64,000 bases of DNA from positions 2,272,001 to 2,336,000 of the forward strand of contig OY762492.1 of the NCBI GenBank assembly GCA_963665845.2. The letters are read 5' to 3'. Positions 1 through 9,389 of this stretch are shown piece after piece. A program made the position numbers and the translations under genes. How positions within the stretch are numbered: position 1 is the stretch's first letter; every line of letters starts with the position of its first letter. Below the pieces are notes generated by a model. It made no database searches. It was not told where the DNA came from and saw only the letters and a program-made list of their open reading frames with translations. This DNA comes from Candidatus Poribacteria bacterium. GTDB taxonomy: Bacteria; Poribacteria; WGA-4E; GCA-2687025.

Positions 1-465
1 GTTCAGCACGGGCGGCGCGGGTCGGTGTCGCTTTTGAAGCCCGGGCGCGATGTCGGTCAGCTCAACGCCCCCGACCAGACGATTCCGCTGGGGCAGACGC
101 TTTCGTGGAGCTTGACGATACGCCAGAGCATCGCTGACGGCGCGACCAACTCGGATACTTTTCAGACATTTTCGAATGGCAAATTGCGCTGGACGGCGGA
201 GGTGGAGATGTCATGGGACGCCGCGGACGCTTCATTGAATCAAGACAAGCTGTGGGAAGCGATCCTGCCGGACGAGTTTGACAAAAGCGCCGTTCGGGAT
301 CGGATGGTACAGGCGAATCTGTATGTGGACGGGAGCCGCTGTTACTACGGCGCGGCGTATATTGAGCGGGCGGATGTGCATGCTCCGTTTGACGGACCTG
401 TGACGGCGCGGTTTCAGCTGCGCGGCAACGGACCGCTCAAATTCAGCGCCGGCGGGTCGGCGTGA
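1..465 (+). CDS. Phage tail tube / major tail-like protein (5' partial)
   Basis: Frame is open from base 1 (VQHGRRGSVSL...). Motifs resemble TP901-1-type tail tube proteins: SWSLTI, WTAEVEMSWD, YYGAAYI, C-terminal VTARFQLRGNGPL. Confidence 0.55.
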   Translation, partial: VQHGRRGSVSLLKPGRDVGQLNAPDQTIPLGQTLSWSLTIRQSIADGATNSDTFQTFSNGKLRWTAEVEMSWDAADASLNQDKLWEAILPDEFDKSAVRDRMVQANLYVDGSRCYYGAAYIERADVHAPFDGPVTARFQLRGNGPLKFSAGGSA

Positions 466-502
466 CGCGGCTCATGAAAGCGGCGTTTTTTGAAAGGAGA
501 AG

Positions 503-781
503 ATGATGGAGATGCGGGAAGGGGGCGTCGGCGCGATGGAGGCTGCCTTGGAACGGCTTCAGGCGCTCGCCCAGAAAGACCATGACCTGTTGACGCAGTT
601 GGATATGAAGGTGGGGGAGGCGCTGGCGCGTCTTTCCAACCATGAGCAGCGTTTCACCGATTTTGAGACGCGCATACGGGAGCTGGAGTCGGCGAAGTGG
701 CGCGTGGCGGGCGTCGCGGCGGCGATTTCAGCTCTCATACCGATCGTTGTGTCGCTTTTGACGACGCGCATTGCCGGTTGA
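503..781 (+). CDS. Small coiled-coil protein with C-terminal TM helix (phage holin/XhlA-like)
   Basis: AAGGAG SD. Heptad region ending ETRIRELE, then WRVAGVAAAISALIPIVVSLL. Follows the tail-like gene. Confidence 0.55.
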   Translation: MMEMREGGVGAMEAALERLQALAQKDHDLLTQLDMKVGEALARLSNHEQRFTDFETRIRELESAKWRVAGVAAAISALIPIVVSLLTTRIAG

Positions 782-789
782 CGCATCGG

Positions 790-980
790 CCTGACCTCAT
801 GCATAAAGTTGGGACAATTCTGGTTGTGGACACGGAAGGTTTCGTGGTGGACTCTGGATTCCCGCTTGCGCGGGAATGCATGCCCTCGCGGAAGCGGGGG
901 ACGATCTGTTTAGCAACGCTTTTTCCCATGAAGAAAGGCTTTGTTTATCCACCTGTCCCGACTTTAGACATGAGGTCAGG
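790..980. mobile_element. MITE-like unit with 27-bp imperfect terminal inverted repeats enclosing a composite REP palindrome
   Basis: 790-816 cctgacctcatgcataaagttgggaca matches the reverse complement of 954-980 with 3 mismatches. Internal REP at 852-903. Confidence 0.65.
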
Positions 981-997
981 GGTTCCCGCCCGCGCCA

Positions 998-2611
998 TCA
1001 ATGCAGGACGACATGCTTCACCTCATGAATCCGCTCAATCGCCGCAATCTCCTGTATCGCCTCTTCCGGCGCCTCGGAGTCGATATTGACGACCATGACC
1101 GCCAACCCTTTCGGCGAGACGCGCCCGACGCTCATATCGGAGATGTTGACGCCGTGGCTGCCGAGTATCGTTCCGACGCGCCCGATCATACCAGGCTGAT
1201 CGTAGTTATACACAAACAGCATGCATCCTTCAGGCTTCGCGCTGGTGTGGTACTGGTCAATCGCGACGATGCGCTCCTGGTTTCCGAACATGGTTCCGCC
1301 GATGGTTCGCCGCGCCTTGCTGGTGACGGCTGTGACGGTGAGCAGATTCGCATAGACGGAGTGTCCGCTTGAGCGCGTTTCCATGAGCCGTATTCCGCGC
1401 TGGCGTATCAGAACGGGCGCGTTCACATAGTTGACCCGCTTGTCAAGCGCGCGCGACAGGACGCCTTTTTGAAACGCGCTTGCGACGAGGTTCGACGCGC
1501 CTTCAAAGATGTCGCCCGCATACTCGATGCCGACCTCCTGTATCTGTTCGCCGCGGCTCAGCTGCGCCAGAATGCTGCCGAGTTTTTCCGCCAGCGACAC
1601 ATACGGTCCGACCGATTCCATCGCGCGCGCGTCCATCGACGGCATATTGACGGCATGTTCTACAGGCAATCCGCGCAGCGCCGCGGAGACCTGCAGGGCG
1701 ATGTCCCGCGCCACATACTCCTGCGCCTCGCGGGTTGAGCCGCCCAGATGCGGCGTTGTCAATGCGTTCGGCAGCTCCGCAAGCCGCATGTTGATGTTCG
1801 GTTCGTCTTCAAACACATCCAGGGCGGCGCCGGCGATCTCGCCTTCTTTGAGCGCGTCCAGCAGCGCCTCTTCGTCGATGACGCCGCCGCGGGCGCAGTT
1901 GACGATGCGGGCGGTCGGCTTCATGCGCGCGAATTCGCGCCGCCCGAATCGATGGTAGGTTTCGCGCGTCAACGGCACATGGATCGTGATATAGTCGGCG
2001 GTCTGGATCAGCTCCTCAAACGGCATGAGCTGGATGCGCTGTTGTCCGGCGGCTTCGTCCGAGATGTACGGGTCTCTTCCGACGACGCGCATGCCGAACG
2101 CCGCCGCCCGTTTGGCGACCTCAATGCCGATGCGTCCGAGTCCGATGACTCCGAGCGTTTTGTTGTACAGTTCGACGCCGACCATGCGCCTCCGCGCATC
2201 GAAGTCGCCGCGCCGCAGAGCCGCATTCGCCGGGGCGATGTTTCTGGACAGGGCGAGCATCATGGCGATGGAGTGTTCGGCGGCGGCGACCGTGTTGCCG
2301 GCGGGGCTGTTCATGACGATGACGCCTCGTCGGGTCGCCGCTCCGAGGTCGACATTGTCGATGCCGACGCCGGCGCGTCCGATCGCTTTGAGTCGGTCGG
2401 CGGCTTGGATCATTTCGGCGGTGATCTGCGTTCGGCTTCGGATGAGCAGCGCGTCGTACTGATGGATGACGCGGAGCAGTTCGTCCGGCGCAATGTCGGG
2501 GCGCAGGTCAACGTCAATATCGCCCGCTTTTTTCAGGGTTTTCAGCCCGCTTTCATGGAGCGCGTCGCACACGAGCGCTCGAAATGGAGCGTTGTTGGCG
2601 GGGTCTTGCAT
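998..2611 (-). CDS. serA: D-3-phosphoglycerate dehydrogenase
   Basis: IGRAGVGIDNVD, GVIGLGRIG, NCARGG, TPHLGGST; C-terminal ACT domain (NYDQPGMIG). Confidence 0.95.
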   Translation of the reverse strand: MQDPANNAPFRALVCDALHESGLKTLKKAGDIDVDLRPDIAPDELLRVIHQYDALLIRSRTQITAEMIQAADRLKAIGRAGVGIDNVDLGAATRRGVIVMNSPAGNTVAAAEHSIAMMLALSRNIAPANAALRRGDFDARRRMVGVELYNKTLGVIGLGRIGIEVAKRAAAFGMRVVGRDPYISDEAAGQQRIQLMPFEELIQTADYITIHVPLTRETYHRFGRREFARMKPTARIVNCARGGVIDEEALLDALKEGEIAGAALDVFEDEPNINMRLAELPNALTTPHLGGSTREAQEYVARDIALQVSAALRGLPVEHAVNMPSMDARAMESVGPYVSLAEKLGSILAQLSRGEQIQEVGIEYAGDIFEGASNLVASAFQKGVLSRALDKRVNYVNAPVLIRQRGIRLMETRSSGHSVYANLLTVTAVTSKARRTIGGTMFGNQERIVAIDQYHTSAKPEGCMLFVYNYDQPGMIGRVGTILGSHGVNISDMSVGRVSPKGLAVMVVNIDSEAPEEAIQEIAAIERIHEVKHVVLH

Positions 2612-2691
2612 CGCCCTCTCCTTCTGTCCGCGGCTCTGTGTGAGCTTTTTGTAATTATGCCCTGAAGCGCGGCTTTTTTCTACTTTTAGAA

Positions 2692-2992
2692 TTCGGACGC
2701 GTCTGAACGATCAAATCCTTCATTCATGGGAAAAGGCTTCCCCAACCAGGTCGTCCCCCGCTTCCGCGAGGGCATGCATTCCCGCGCAAGCGGGAATCTA
2801 GAGGCGCCGCAGAAACCGTCGCGTCGTTTCCCCAGATCGTCATTCCCGCGCAAGCGGGAATCTAGAGGCGCTGCAGAAACCTTCCGCGCCGCTTCCCCAG
2901 ATCGTCATTCCCGCGCAAGCGGGAATCTAGAGGCGCCGCAGAAACCTTCCGCGTCCACCCGCCGACATGTCCCAACTAACGACGTAAGGCCG
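2692..2992. repeat. REP cluster: three ATTCCC-N8-GGGAAT palindromes in 64-65 bp tandem units, bounded by degenerate MITE-type ends
   Basis: attcccgcgcaagcgggaatctagag at 2778, 2842 and 2907. Left flank ...attcatgggaaaaggc and right flank tgtcccaact match ends of the 790-980 unit in reverse orientation. Confidence 0.85.
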
Positions 2993-2998
2993 AGGCGC

Positions 2999-3027
2999 TT
3001 GATTCGTCCAACGCGCCGCTATATAAT
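2999..3027 (+). promoter_or_regulatory. Sigma70-like promoter
   Basis: TTGATT-17 bp-TATAAT upstream of the 3082 gene. Confidence 0.6.
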
Positions 3028-3081
3028 CTATTTAAGAATGACAGGGTCTCTGGAAAGCGCTGAATCGGGAGAGGACGGACA

Positions 3082-3549
3082 ATGAAGAGAATGTTAGCCG
3101 CCGCGCTCGGCGCGTGCCTCATGTGGACAGCGGCGCCCCTTTACGCCGATCAGATTGTCGCCAAAGACATTCTGCGAACGGAAGACGGGAGCGTGGTTGA
3201 AGGTACGGCGCTCGCCACCAAAGCGGATTTGAAAGCGGCCGAAAGCGCCATACGCGCTGAAACAAAAGCAACAGAAACCAGGCTGGACTCTAAAATCGAA
3301 GCGGTAGAAACCAGGCTCCGCGATGAAATACAGATTCTCCGCTCTGAAATGCGGTGGCTGTTCGGAATGTTGATTGGCGTATTTTTAGCGGCGGTAGGAT
3401 TCCTCTGGAAAATGCTGTCGGACTTGAAGGCGCAATTTGCAGCCTTTGCGGAGCGGATGCGGATTGCGGCTCCGACGATCCACCCGGCGCCGGACGCACA
3501 AGGGCATTTTGATCTCACCGCCGCAGGAAACAAGACGGAAGCGGACTGA
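3082..3549 (+). CDS. Exported coiled-coil protein with TM helix (DUF1640/CCDC90-like)
   Basis: Signal peptide, LATKADL motif, heptads, TM segment MRWLFGMLIGVFLAAVGFLW. Confidence 0.65.
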   Translation: MKRMLAAALGACLMWTAAPLYADQIVAKDILRTEDGSVVEGTALATKADLKAAESAIRAETKATETRLDSKIEAVETRLRDEIQILRSEMRWLFGMLIGVFLAAVGFLWKMLSDLKAQFAAFAERMRIAAPTIHPAPDAQGHFDLTAAGNKTEAD

Positions 3550-3631
3550 TCAGTGAACGGGATGGATGTGACGGATGAACGGCGGGCGGCGTTTGGGGCG
3601 CAGTCGGCGCTGGAGCGGCGAAGAATTTGCC

Positions 3632-3694
3632 GTTATTCTATTTTCAGGGCAAAATTAGAATAACCTGGCGCGTTATTCTATTCTCTGGAATAAG
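3632..3694. promoter_or_regulatory. Paired inverted-repeat operator-like sites upstream of the Fic gene
   Basis: gttattcta-N15-tagaataac (3632-3664) and ttattc-N9-gaataa (3673-3693), the latter overlapping the SD. Confidence 0.5.
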
Positions 3695-3705
3695 GAGATT
3701 TCCAA

Positions 3706-4869
3706 ATGGACCGAGGCGAACTTGGTCGATACAAAACGACGATCGCTAAAGGCAAACAGGTTAAGGCTTTTGTGCCGAATTCTTTGCCGCCGGACCCGCC
3801 TATTGATTTGAGCGGGCCGTTGCAGCAAACTCTTGAATCGGCGTCTATCGCGCTTGGCCGCCTTGACGGCATTATCGCCATTCTGCCAGAACCGTTTTTC
3901 TTCCTTTACCCCTATGTGCGCAAAGAGGCTCTTCTTTCTTCGCAAATCGAGGGAACCCGATCCTCCTTATCGGAACTTCTGCTCTTCGAGTTGGAGGACG
4001 CTCCCGACGCGCCCAATGACGATGTCACGGAAGTCTCAAACCATATCGATGCTTTGGAATATGGAACGGACCGTCTGTCGGAGGATTTTCCGCTGTGCAA
4101 TCGGCTCATTCGAGAGGTTCACGAAATACTGCTGTCCAGCGGGCGAGGCAAAAACAAAGCTCCCGGCAAATTCCGACGCATTCAAAACTGGATAGGCGGA
4201 ACAGGCCCCGGCGACGCTGTTTTCATTCCTCCGCCGCATGAGGACGTCGAGAACTGCATGGCAGATCTAGAGCGGTTTCTTCATGCAGAAGAAGACGGCA
4301 TCCCCACTCTGATTCGCGCAGGAATTGCCCATTTTCAATTCGAGACGATCCATCCGTTCTTAGACGGCAACGGGCGCGTCGGGCGTCTGCTCATTCTTTT
4401 AATGCTCGTTAACGCCGGAATACTGCAGATGCCGATTCTCTATCTAAGCCTTTACTTCAAACGTCATCACAGAGAATACTACCGACTGCTCAACGAAACG
4501 AGGCTGACAGGCGATTGGGAAACATGGCTCGCCTTCTTTTTGGAAGGAATCCGGACCACATCCGATGAAGTGGTTTCAACTTCGCGGGAACTTCTAAAGC
4601 TCTTTGACAAAAATAGAGAATTGATCAGAGCGAATAGCAAAAGTACCCACTCCGATCATGCCGTTCACAATGAGCTTTGCGCCACGCCGATTTCATCGCT
4701 GTCCCGCGTTGCCGAGCGGACTGATCTTCATTACACCACCGTCGATTCCGCTATGAAAAGGCTGATAGAACTTGGCATCGTGCGCGAAATCACCGGCAAA
4801 CGGCGCGGACGCGTCTTCGCCTACAACCAATACCTTGATATTCTCATCGAAGGTACCGAACCTCTTTGA
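3706..4869 (+). CDS. Fic family protein (Fic_N + Fic + C-terminal winged-helix)
   Basis: Canonical HPFLDGNGRVGR; EALLSSQIEG; C-terminal LIELGIVREITGKRRGRVF. Confidence 0.93.
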   Translation: MDRGELGRYKTTIAKGKQVKAFVPNSLPPDPPIDLSGPLQQTLESASIALGRLDGIIAILPEPFFFLYPYVRKEALLSSQIEGTRSSLSELLLFELEDAPDAPNDDVTEVSNHIDALEYGTDRLSEDFPLCNRLIREVHEILLSSGRGKNKAPGKFRRIQNWIGGTGPGDAVFIPPPHEDVENCMADLERFLHAEEDGIPTLIRAGIAHFQFETIHPFLDGNGRVGRLLILLMLVNAGILQMPILYLSLYFKRHHREYYRLLNETRLTGDWETWLAFFLEGIRTTSDEVVSTSRELLKLFDKNRELIRANSKSTHSDHAVHNELCATPISSLSRVAERTDLHYTTVDSAMKRLIELGIVREITGKRRGRVFAYNQYLDILIEGTEPL

Positions 4870-4924
4870 ATGAAAAGTCCGATGCGACAGCGCAGGCGCC
4901 GCTAAACCCTGAAAAAAGAGCCGT

Positions 4925-5485
4925 CTATTCCCGATCTTTACCAGCCATAAACGCAGACATCCCCCGCACCATCTCCTCCATCTGCCCGTCCATATCCACG
5001 ATGCTTTTGAAGTAATATCGATCCAGCGCGTCGATCTGCTCTAGCAGCAGGACGCATTGGTCCCTGACCCGCTCGCTTTTGGAAGCGCGGTACAGATCCG
5101 TCAAAATGTCTCTGGCGATGACGCTGTAAGCCTGCTTTTCCTTTTCTCTCCTGAAGAACGCATGGATGACGGCAAGATGCATCTGCGCCGTTTCATAATC
5201 GGTCTGGGACTCTTCCGCTTCAACCTTGTTGAAATGCGCCACCGCCTGCTCGAAGTCTGCAACCCTCTCGTTCGACTTCCTCCAGTTTGCGATTTCGGCG
5301 CATCCTTTAGCGTAAAACTCCAGTCCGGCGGCAAGATGGGCGTCCTCCGCATCCGTTCCGCCGGAACGCCCGGACATCGAATGATGAACCGCCGCGGCGA
5401 CGACAAGCAAGGCGGCGCCCGCCAATAAAACGATCCAATACTTTTTTCGGACGCTGCGCATGTTGCCGCTTCTCTCGTTGTCCAT
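4925..5485 (-). CDS. Hypothetical membrane-anchored helical protein (start may be 5461)
   Basis: N-terminal hydrophobic segment YWIVLLAGAALLVVAAAV; helical, TPR-like body. Confidence 0.55.
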   Translation of the reverse strand: MDNERSGNMRSVRKKYWIVLLAGAALLVVAAAVHHSMSGRSGGTDAEDAHLAAGLEFYAKGCAEIANWRKSNERVADFEQAVAHFNKVEAEESQTDYETAQMHLAVIHAFFRREKEKQAYSVIARDILTDLYRASKSERVRDQCVLLLEQIDALDRYYFKSIVDMDGQMEEMVRGMSAFMAGKDRE

Positions 5486-5512
5486 ATGTTATATGTTGCC
5501 ATAAAACCTAAG

Positions 5513-5688
5513 CGAACGCGGACGTCTTCTACCGGGACTCTGGATTCCCGCTTGCGCGGGAATGACGATAACGAACGCGGACGGTTTCTACCGGGACTCT
5601 GGATTCCCGCTTGCGCGGGAATGACGAGGAGGGGCGCGGAATGACGAGGAGGGGCGCGGGAATGACGAGGAGGGGCGCGGAATGACGG
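5513..5688. repeat. REP cluster: two full palindromes (59-bp period) plus three tandem half-repeats
   Basis: ctctggattcccgcttgcgcgggaatgacg at 5538 and 5597, then aggaggggcgcgg(g)aatgacg three times. Confidence 0.9.
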
Positions 5689-5698
5689 CGATCTGGAC

Positions 5699-6724
5699 CT
5701 AAGCGAATGCGGCGGCAAAGAACTCGCGCCGAAACGAAACGATGCCTGTCTTCGTCGCGTCCGGATGAACGCGGTTCGTCAGCAGCGCGGCGGCTGCCTT
5801 CCGTTCTGGATGCCACTGCAGCGCCGTTCCCGTGAAGCCCGTATGCGTTCGCCGCCCGTCCTCAAGGATGATCCAGGCGAGGGATCGGGTCGTCTCGCCG
5901 TCGTCCGCCGCCGGTTCCGTCAGCTGCCGATAGACGTTGTATGAATAGACCGGCGCGCCCTCGTTCAGCAGGCAGCGCGCGTAGGTTTCCATATCCGCCA
6001 GCGTAGAGAACAGCCCCGCGTTGCCGCTGACTCCGCCTAAAAAATGCGCGTTCTCGTCATGGACTTCCCCGCATATCATCTCCGCCCTGGGGGCGCCGTT
6101 CGGCTTGCGTTTTTTGGCGCTGTCGGCGCCTTCTGTCGCGGCGCATGCGGACGCCCATTCTTTCGGCGGGTTGAACCGCGTTCGTTTCATGTTGAGCGGC
6201 TGAAAGAGTCGCGCCGCCGCCTCTTTGTCTAACGAACGCCCCGCCGCCCGCGCGATGAGCCGCTCCAGAACGATGTAGCCGAGGCAGCTGTACACGATTC
6301 GCCCGTCCGCCGCGGACGGCTCCAGCCGTCCCAGACTCCGCAAGACGCGCTCCCGTTCGCCTGGGTCGATGTAAAGCGGTTTCCACGCGGGCAGCCTGGA
6401 GGTGTGCGTCAGCAGGTTTCGCGGCGCGACGTCCGCCCGTTCAAATTCAGGCAGCGTTTCGCTGACCGGCGCGTCCAGATCAATCCGCCCCTCCTCCGCC
6501 AGCATGAGCGTTACAGACGCGCACGCGATCGGCTTCGTGAGCGAAGCGAGATCGAAGAGGGTGTCGAGCCGCATCGGGCGCCGTTCAGGTATGACCATGC
6601 GCCGCCCCGCGCAGAGCCGCAGCGGCGTCTCCTCCTCCCGCAAAACGAACGCCGCCCCCCCAGGAAAAACGCCGTCCTGAATGCCCCGCTCCATGAGTTT
6701 CTGAAGTTGCTGCCGCTTCGTCAT
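5699..6724 (-). CDS. Serine hydrolase, beta-lactamase (class C-like) family
   Basis: FDLASLTK (SxxK), LLTHTS, YSCLGY, HTGFTG, LTNR. Confidence 0.9.
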   Translation of the reverse strand: MTKRQQLQKLMERGIQDGVFPGGAAFVLREEETPLRLCAGRRMVIPERRPMRLDTLFDLASLTKPIACASVTLMLAEEGRIDLDAPVSETLPEFERADVAPRNLLTHTSRLPAWKPLYIDPGERERVLRSLGRLEPSAADGRIVYSCLGYIVLERLIARAAGRSLDKEAAARLFQPLNMKRTRFNPPKEWASACAATEGADSAKKRKPNGAPRAEMICGEVHDENAHFLGGVSGNAGLFSTLADMETYARCLLNEGAPVYSYNVYRQLTEPAADDGETTRSLAWIILEDGRRTHTGFTGTALQWHPERKAAAALLTNRVHPDATKTGIVSFRREFFAAAFA

Positions 6725-6740
6725 CGCTTCCGCCCTATAG

Positions 6741-6769
6741 TTGACCCGCTCCGCCGTCTGCTTTACACT
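6741..6769 (+). promoter_or_regulatory. Sigma70-like promoter
   Basis: TTGACC-17 bp-TACACT upstream of the oxidoreductase-sulfatase pair. Confidence 0.55.
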
Positions 6770-6814
6770 GATTGCCGTTCGTTGTCAACCCGATCAGTCG
6801 AAACAGGAGTGAAC

Positions 6815-7912
6815 ATGGCAACCGCAAACCGAACGATTAAGGTCGGCGTCATCGGAACCGGCGGAATCTCACGGGCGCATTACGGCGCCTATCAGAAGGC
6901 GGGCGGTTTTGAAATCGTCGCCGTCTGCGACAAGATACGCGCCGCCGCCGTCCGCGCCGCCGACGAATGGGATGTGCCGAAAAACCGCATCTTCACCAGC
7001 TACAACAAAATGCTGGAGCTGGACGAGATCGAAACGGTCAGCGTCTGCACCTACAACCAAGCGCACGCGCGCCCGACCGTCGCCGCTCTCCGAGCCGGCA
7101 AACATGTCTTCTGCGAAAAACCGATGGCGGCAAAATTGGCCGACGCCGCCTCCATGACAAGAGCCGCCAAAGAGACCGGCAACATACTCCAGATCGGGCT
7201 GCATAGCGCCTTCCGCCCCGGCGTCCAGTTCGCCCGAAAAGTGGTACAAGAAGGCATCCTCGGCGACATCTACTACTCCGAAACGGCGGGCTGCAGACGG
7301 CGCGGCATCCCCGGCCACACCTTCATTTACAAAAAAACGGCGGGCGCCGGCGCTGTCGTCGACATCGGCGTCTACAACATGCATGAGGCGCTGTACATCA
7401 TGGGTTACCCGAAGCCTGTTCGCGTCTCCGCCATCACCGCCGACTATCTCGCCCGCCAAGATTCTCGATGGGACGCGATGGATGTTGAAGAGTTCGGCGC
7501 CGCATGGGTGCGCTTTGAAAACGGCGGCGTCATGGTGTTCAAAATCTCATGGGCTGTCCATGCGGACACGCTCGGGCCGCTGTTCTTTTTAGGTAAACAG
7601 GCGGGACTCTCCATGAGCGGACCGACCGTCTTTGCCGACAAGGTACCCGACGACCTGAAAAAACTGGCGGCGTCGGAAGGCGCCGAACTGGACCCGAACC
7701 CGCCCGAAGGCATGACCTCCATCCGAGTCGGCGGCTTGGGCGGCGCCGACGTGTGGGTTGAGCAGATGAAAGCCTTCCGCAATTCGGTACTGACGAACTC
7801 GCCGTCTGTACTGCCGCCTGAAGGCGTCATGCTGACGAACGTCATCATGGACGGCATGTTCCGCTCGCATGAAACAGGCAAGGAGGTGACGGCGCGCAAC
7901 CCTAAACTGTGA
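6815..7912 (+). CDS. Gfo/Idh/MocA family oxidoreductase
   Basis: AGGAG SD with ATG at 6815; KVGVIGTGGIS, AGKHVFCEKPMA, GAVVDIGVY. Confidence 0.92.
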   Translation: MATANRTIKVGVIGTGGISRAHYGAYQKAGGFEIVAVCDKIRAAAVRAADEWDVPKNRIFTSYNKMLELDEIETVSVCTYNQAHARPTVAALRAGKHVFCEKPMAAKLADAASMTRAAKETGNILQIGLHSAFRPGVQFARKVVQEGILGDIYYSETAGCRRRGIPGHTFIYKKTAGAGAVVDIGVYNMHEALYIMGYPKPVRVSAITADYLARQDSRWDAMDVEEFGAAWVRFENGGVMVFKISWAVHADTLGPLFFLGKQAGLSMSGPTVFADKVPDDLKKLAASEGAELDPNPPEGMTSIRVGGLGGADVWVEQMKAFRNSVLTNSPSVLPPEGVMLTNVIMDGMFRSHETGKEVTARNPKL

Positions 7913-7996
7913 ATCTGCGCGGCGCATGCCGGGCGCGTCTTCTCGGCATGCGCCGTCCGCCTTTTCTTTTAAAAAAACGCCCGCCGGAGAAACTGC

Positions 7997-9334
7997 ATGA
8001 AACCAAACATACTCTTCCTGTTCGCCGACCAGATGCATGCCTTCGCCATGCGATGCATGGGGACGGAGGACATCCACACGCCCAACCTTGACCAGCTCGC
8101 AAGCGAGGGGGTTCTGTTCCGCAACTCCTACTCGAACGCGCCTGTTTGCACGCCGTATCGCGGGACGCTCTTCACCGGCAAATACGCGAGCCAAACAGGC
8201 ATGTTCGGCAACCAAGCGGCGCTCCCGAAGGGACAGCCGACCCTCGCCGACAGCCTGAACGGCGCGGGCTACCTCACCAGCTATGTCGGCAAGTGGCATA
8301 TCGGCGACACATGGAACAAGTGGGTTCCGCCGAATCTGCGCGGCGGCTTCACCGAATTCATCGGCTATCAGGCGCACAACAACTTCATCGAGGATGTGTG
8401 GTTTTTTGACGAGGAAGGAAACAAGCGCGAATTCAACAAGCACCGCACCGACGCGACAACCGACATCGTCATCGAGAAGTTGGAGACATATCAGAAGAGC
8501 GCGGAGAAGCCGTTCGCGCTGTTCGCGTCGTACCAGAATCCGCATTATCCTGAACAGCCCGACCTGCAATACGAGGCGCTGTATGAGGGGGTTGAAATTC
8601 AGCGGCGGCCGAACAGCCAGGATGTGGAGCCGTACACGGCGACGCACAGCCCGCCCAGCCCAAAGCCGCGCGAAAACGACCCTGTTTATCAAAAATACGG
8701 GGGCGATCTGGGCGCCTATCTGCGGGCGTATTATGCGATGGTGACGCAGCTGGACCACAATGTTGGGCTTATCATGCAGGCGCTGGACGATCTCGGTCTG
8801 CGCGATAACACGATCGTTGTGTTCACCTCCGACCATGGCGATCTGCAGGGGAGCCATGGGCTGAAAAACAAAAGCCTCGCGTGGGAAGAATCGAGCCGCG
8901 TTCCGCATATCGTCCGCGCGCCGGGCGGCTTGGAAGGGCATGTCTCGGACGCGGTCGTATCGGGCATTGACCATTACCCGACGCTGATCGATTTTGCGGG
9001 AGGAGAGACGCCGCCCGACAAAGAGGGCGTCAACCTTGCCCCTCTCATACGCGGAGAGACGGCGGAAACTCCGCAGACCGTTTTCTGTGAAATGAGCGCA
9101 TGGGGCAGTCGCCGCGCATGGCGCATGATCCGAAAGGGGCCGTGGAAGTTGACATGCGACTGGTCAGACCCTGAAAACGGGGCGGAAGGCGGTTTAAGAG
9201 CCGTTCACCTGTTCGACCTGTCCGCCGACCCGTATGAGATGAACAACCTGGTCGACTCGAAGGCGCATCAAACGGTTCGAACAGCGCTGCAGGCGGAACT
9301 GAAAACATGGGCTTATCGGGTGAAGGGGGAATGA
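7997..9334 (+). CDS. Formylglycine-dependent sulfatase
   Basis: PNILFLFADQ, CTPYR (CxPxR), GKWH, TSDHG, DPYEMNNL. Confidence 0.93.
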   Translation: MKPNILFLFADQMHAFAMRCMGTEDIHTPNLDQLASEGVLFRNSYSNAPVCTPYRGTLFTGKYASQTGMFGNQAALPKGQPTLADSLNGAGYLTSYVGKWHIGDTWNKWVPPNLRGGFTEFIGYQAHNNFIEDVWFFDEEGNKREFNKHRTDATTDIVIEKLETYQKSAEKPFALFASYQNPHYPEQPDLQYEALYEGVEIQRRPNSQDVEPYTATHSPPSPKPRENDPVYQKYGGDLGAYLRAYYAMVTQLDHNVGLIMQALDDLGLRDNTIVVFTSDHGDLQGSHGLKNKSLAWEESSRVPHIVRAPGGLEGHVSDAVVSGIDHYPTLIDFAGGETPPDKEGVNLAPLIRGETAETPQTVFCEMSAWGSRRAWRMIRKGPWKLTCDWSDPENGAEGGLRAVHLFDLSADPYEMNNLVDSKAHQTVRTALQAELKTWAYRVKGE

Positions 9335-9389
9335 GGCGCATGGAGGATGGCGTTAGCGCCGCTCCATACGCCTAAAACGCGCTTCCGTT

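Noticed and set aside
2726-3085. ORFs containing SFPRKRES / RHSRASGN / VIPAQAGI / LDSRLRGND peptides (also 697-1089, 5101-5718, 26412-26846, 27009-27538)
   Set aside because: These peptides are translations of the REP palindrome, not genes.
6404-6814. N-terminal extension of the oxidoreductase in the ORF track
   Set aside because: It overlaps the opposite-strand serine hydrolase; promoter and SD support ATG 6815.
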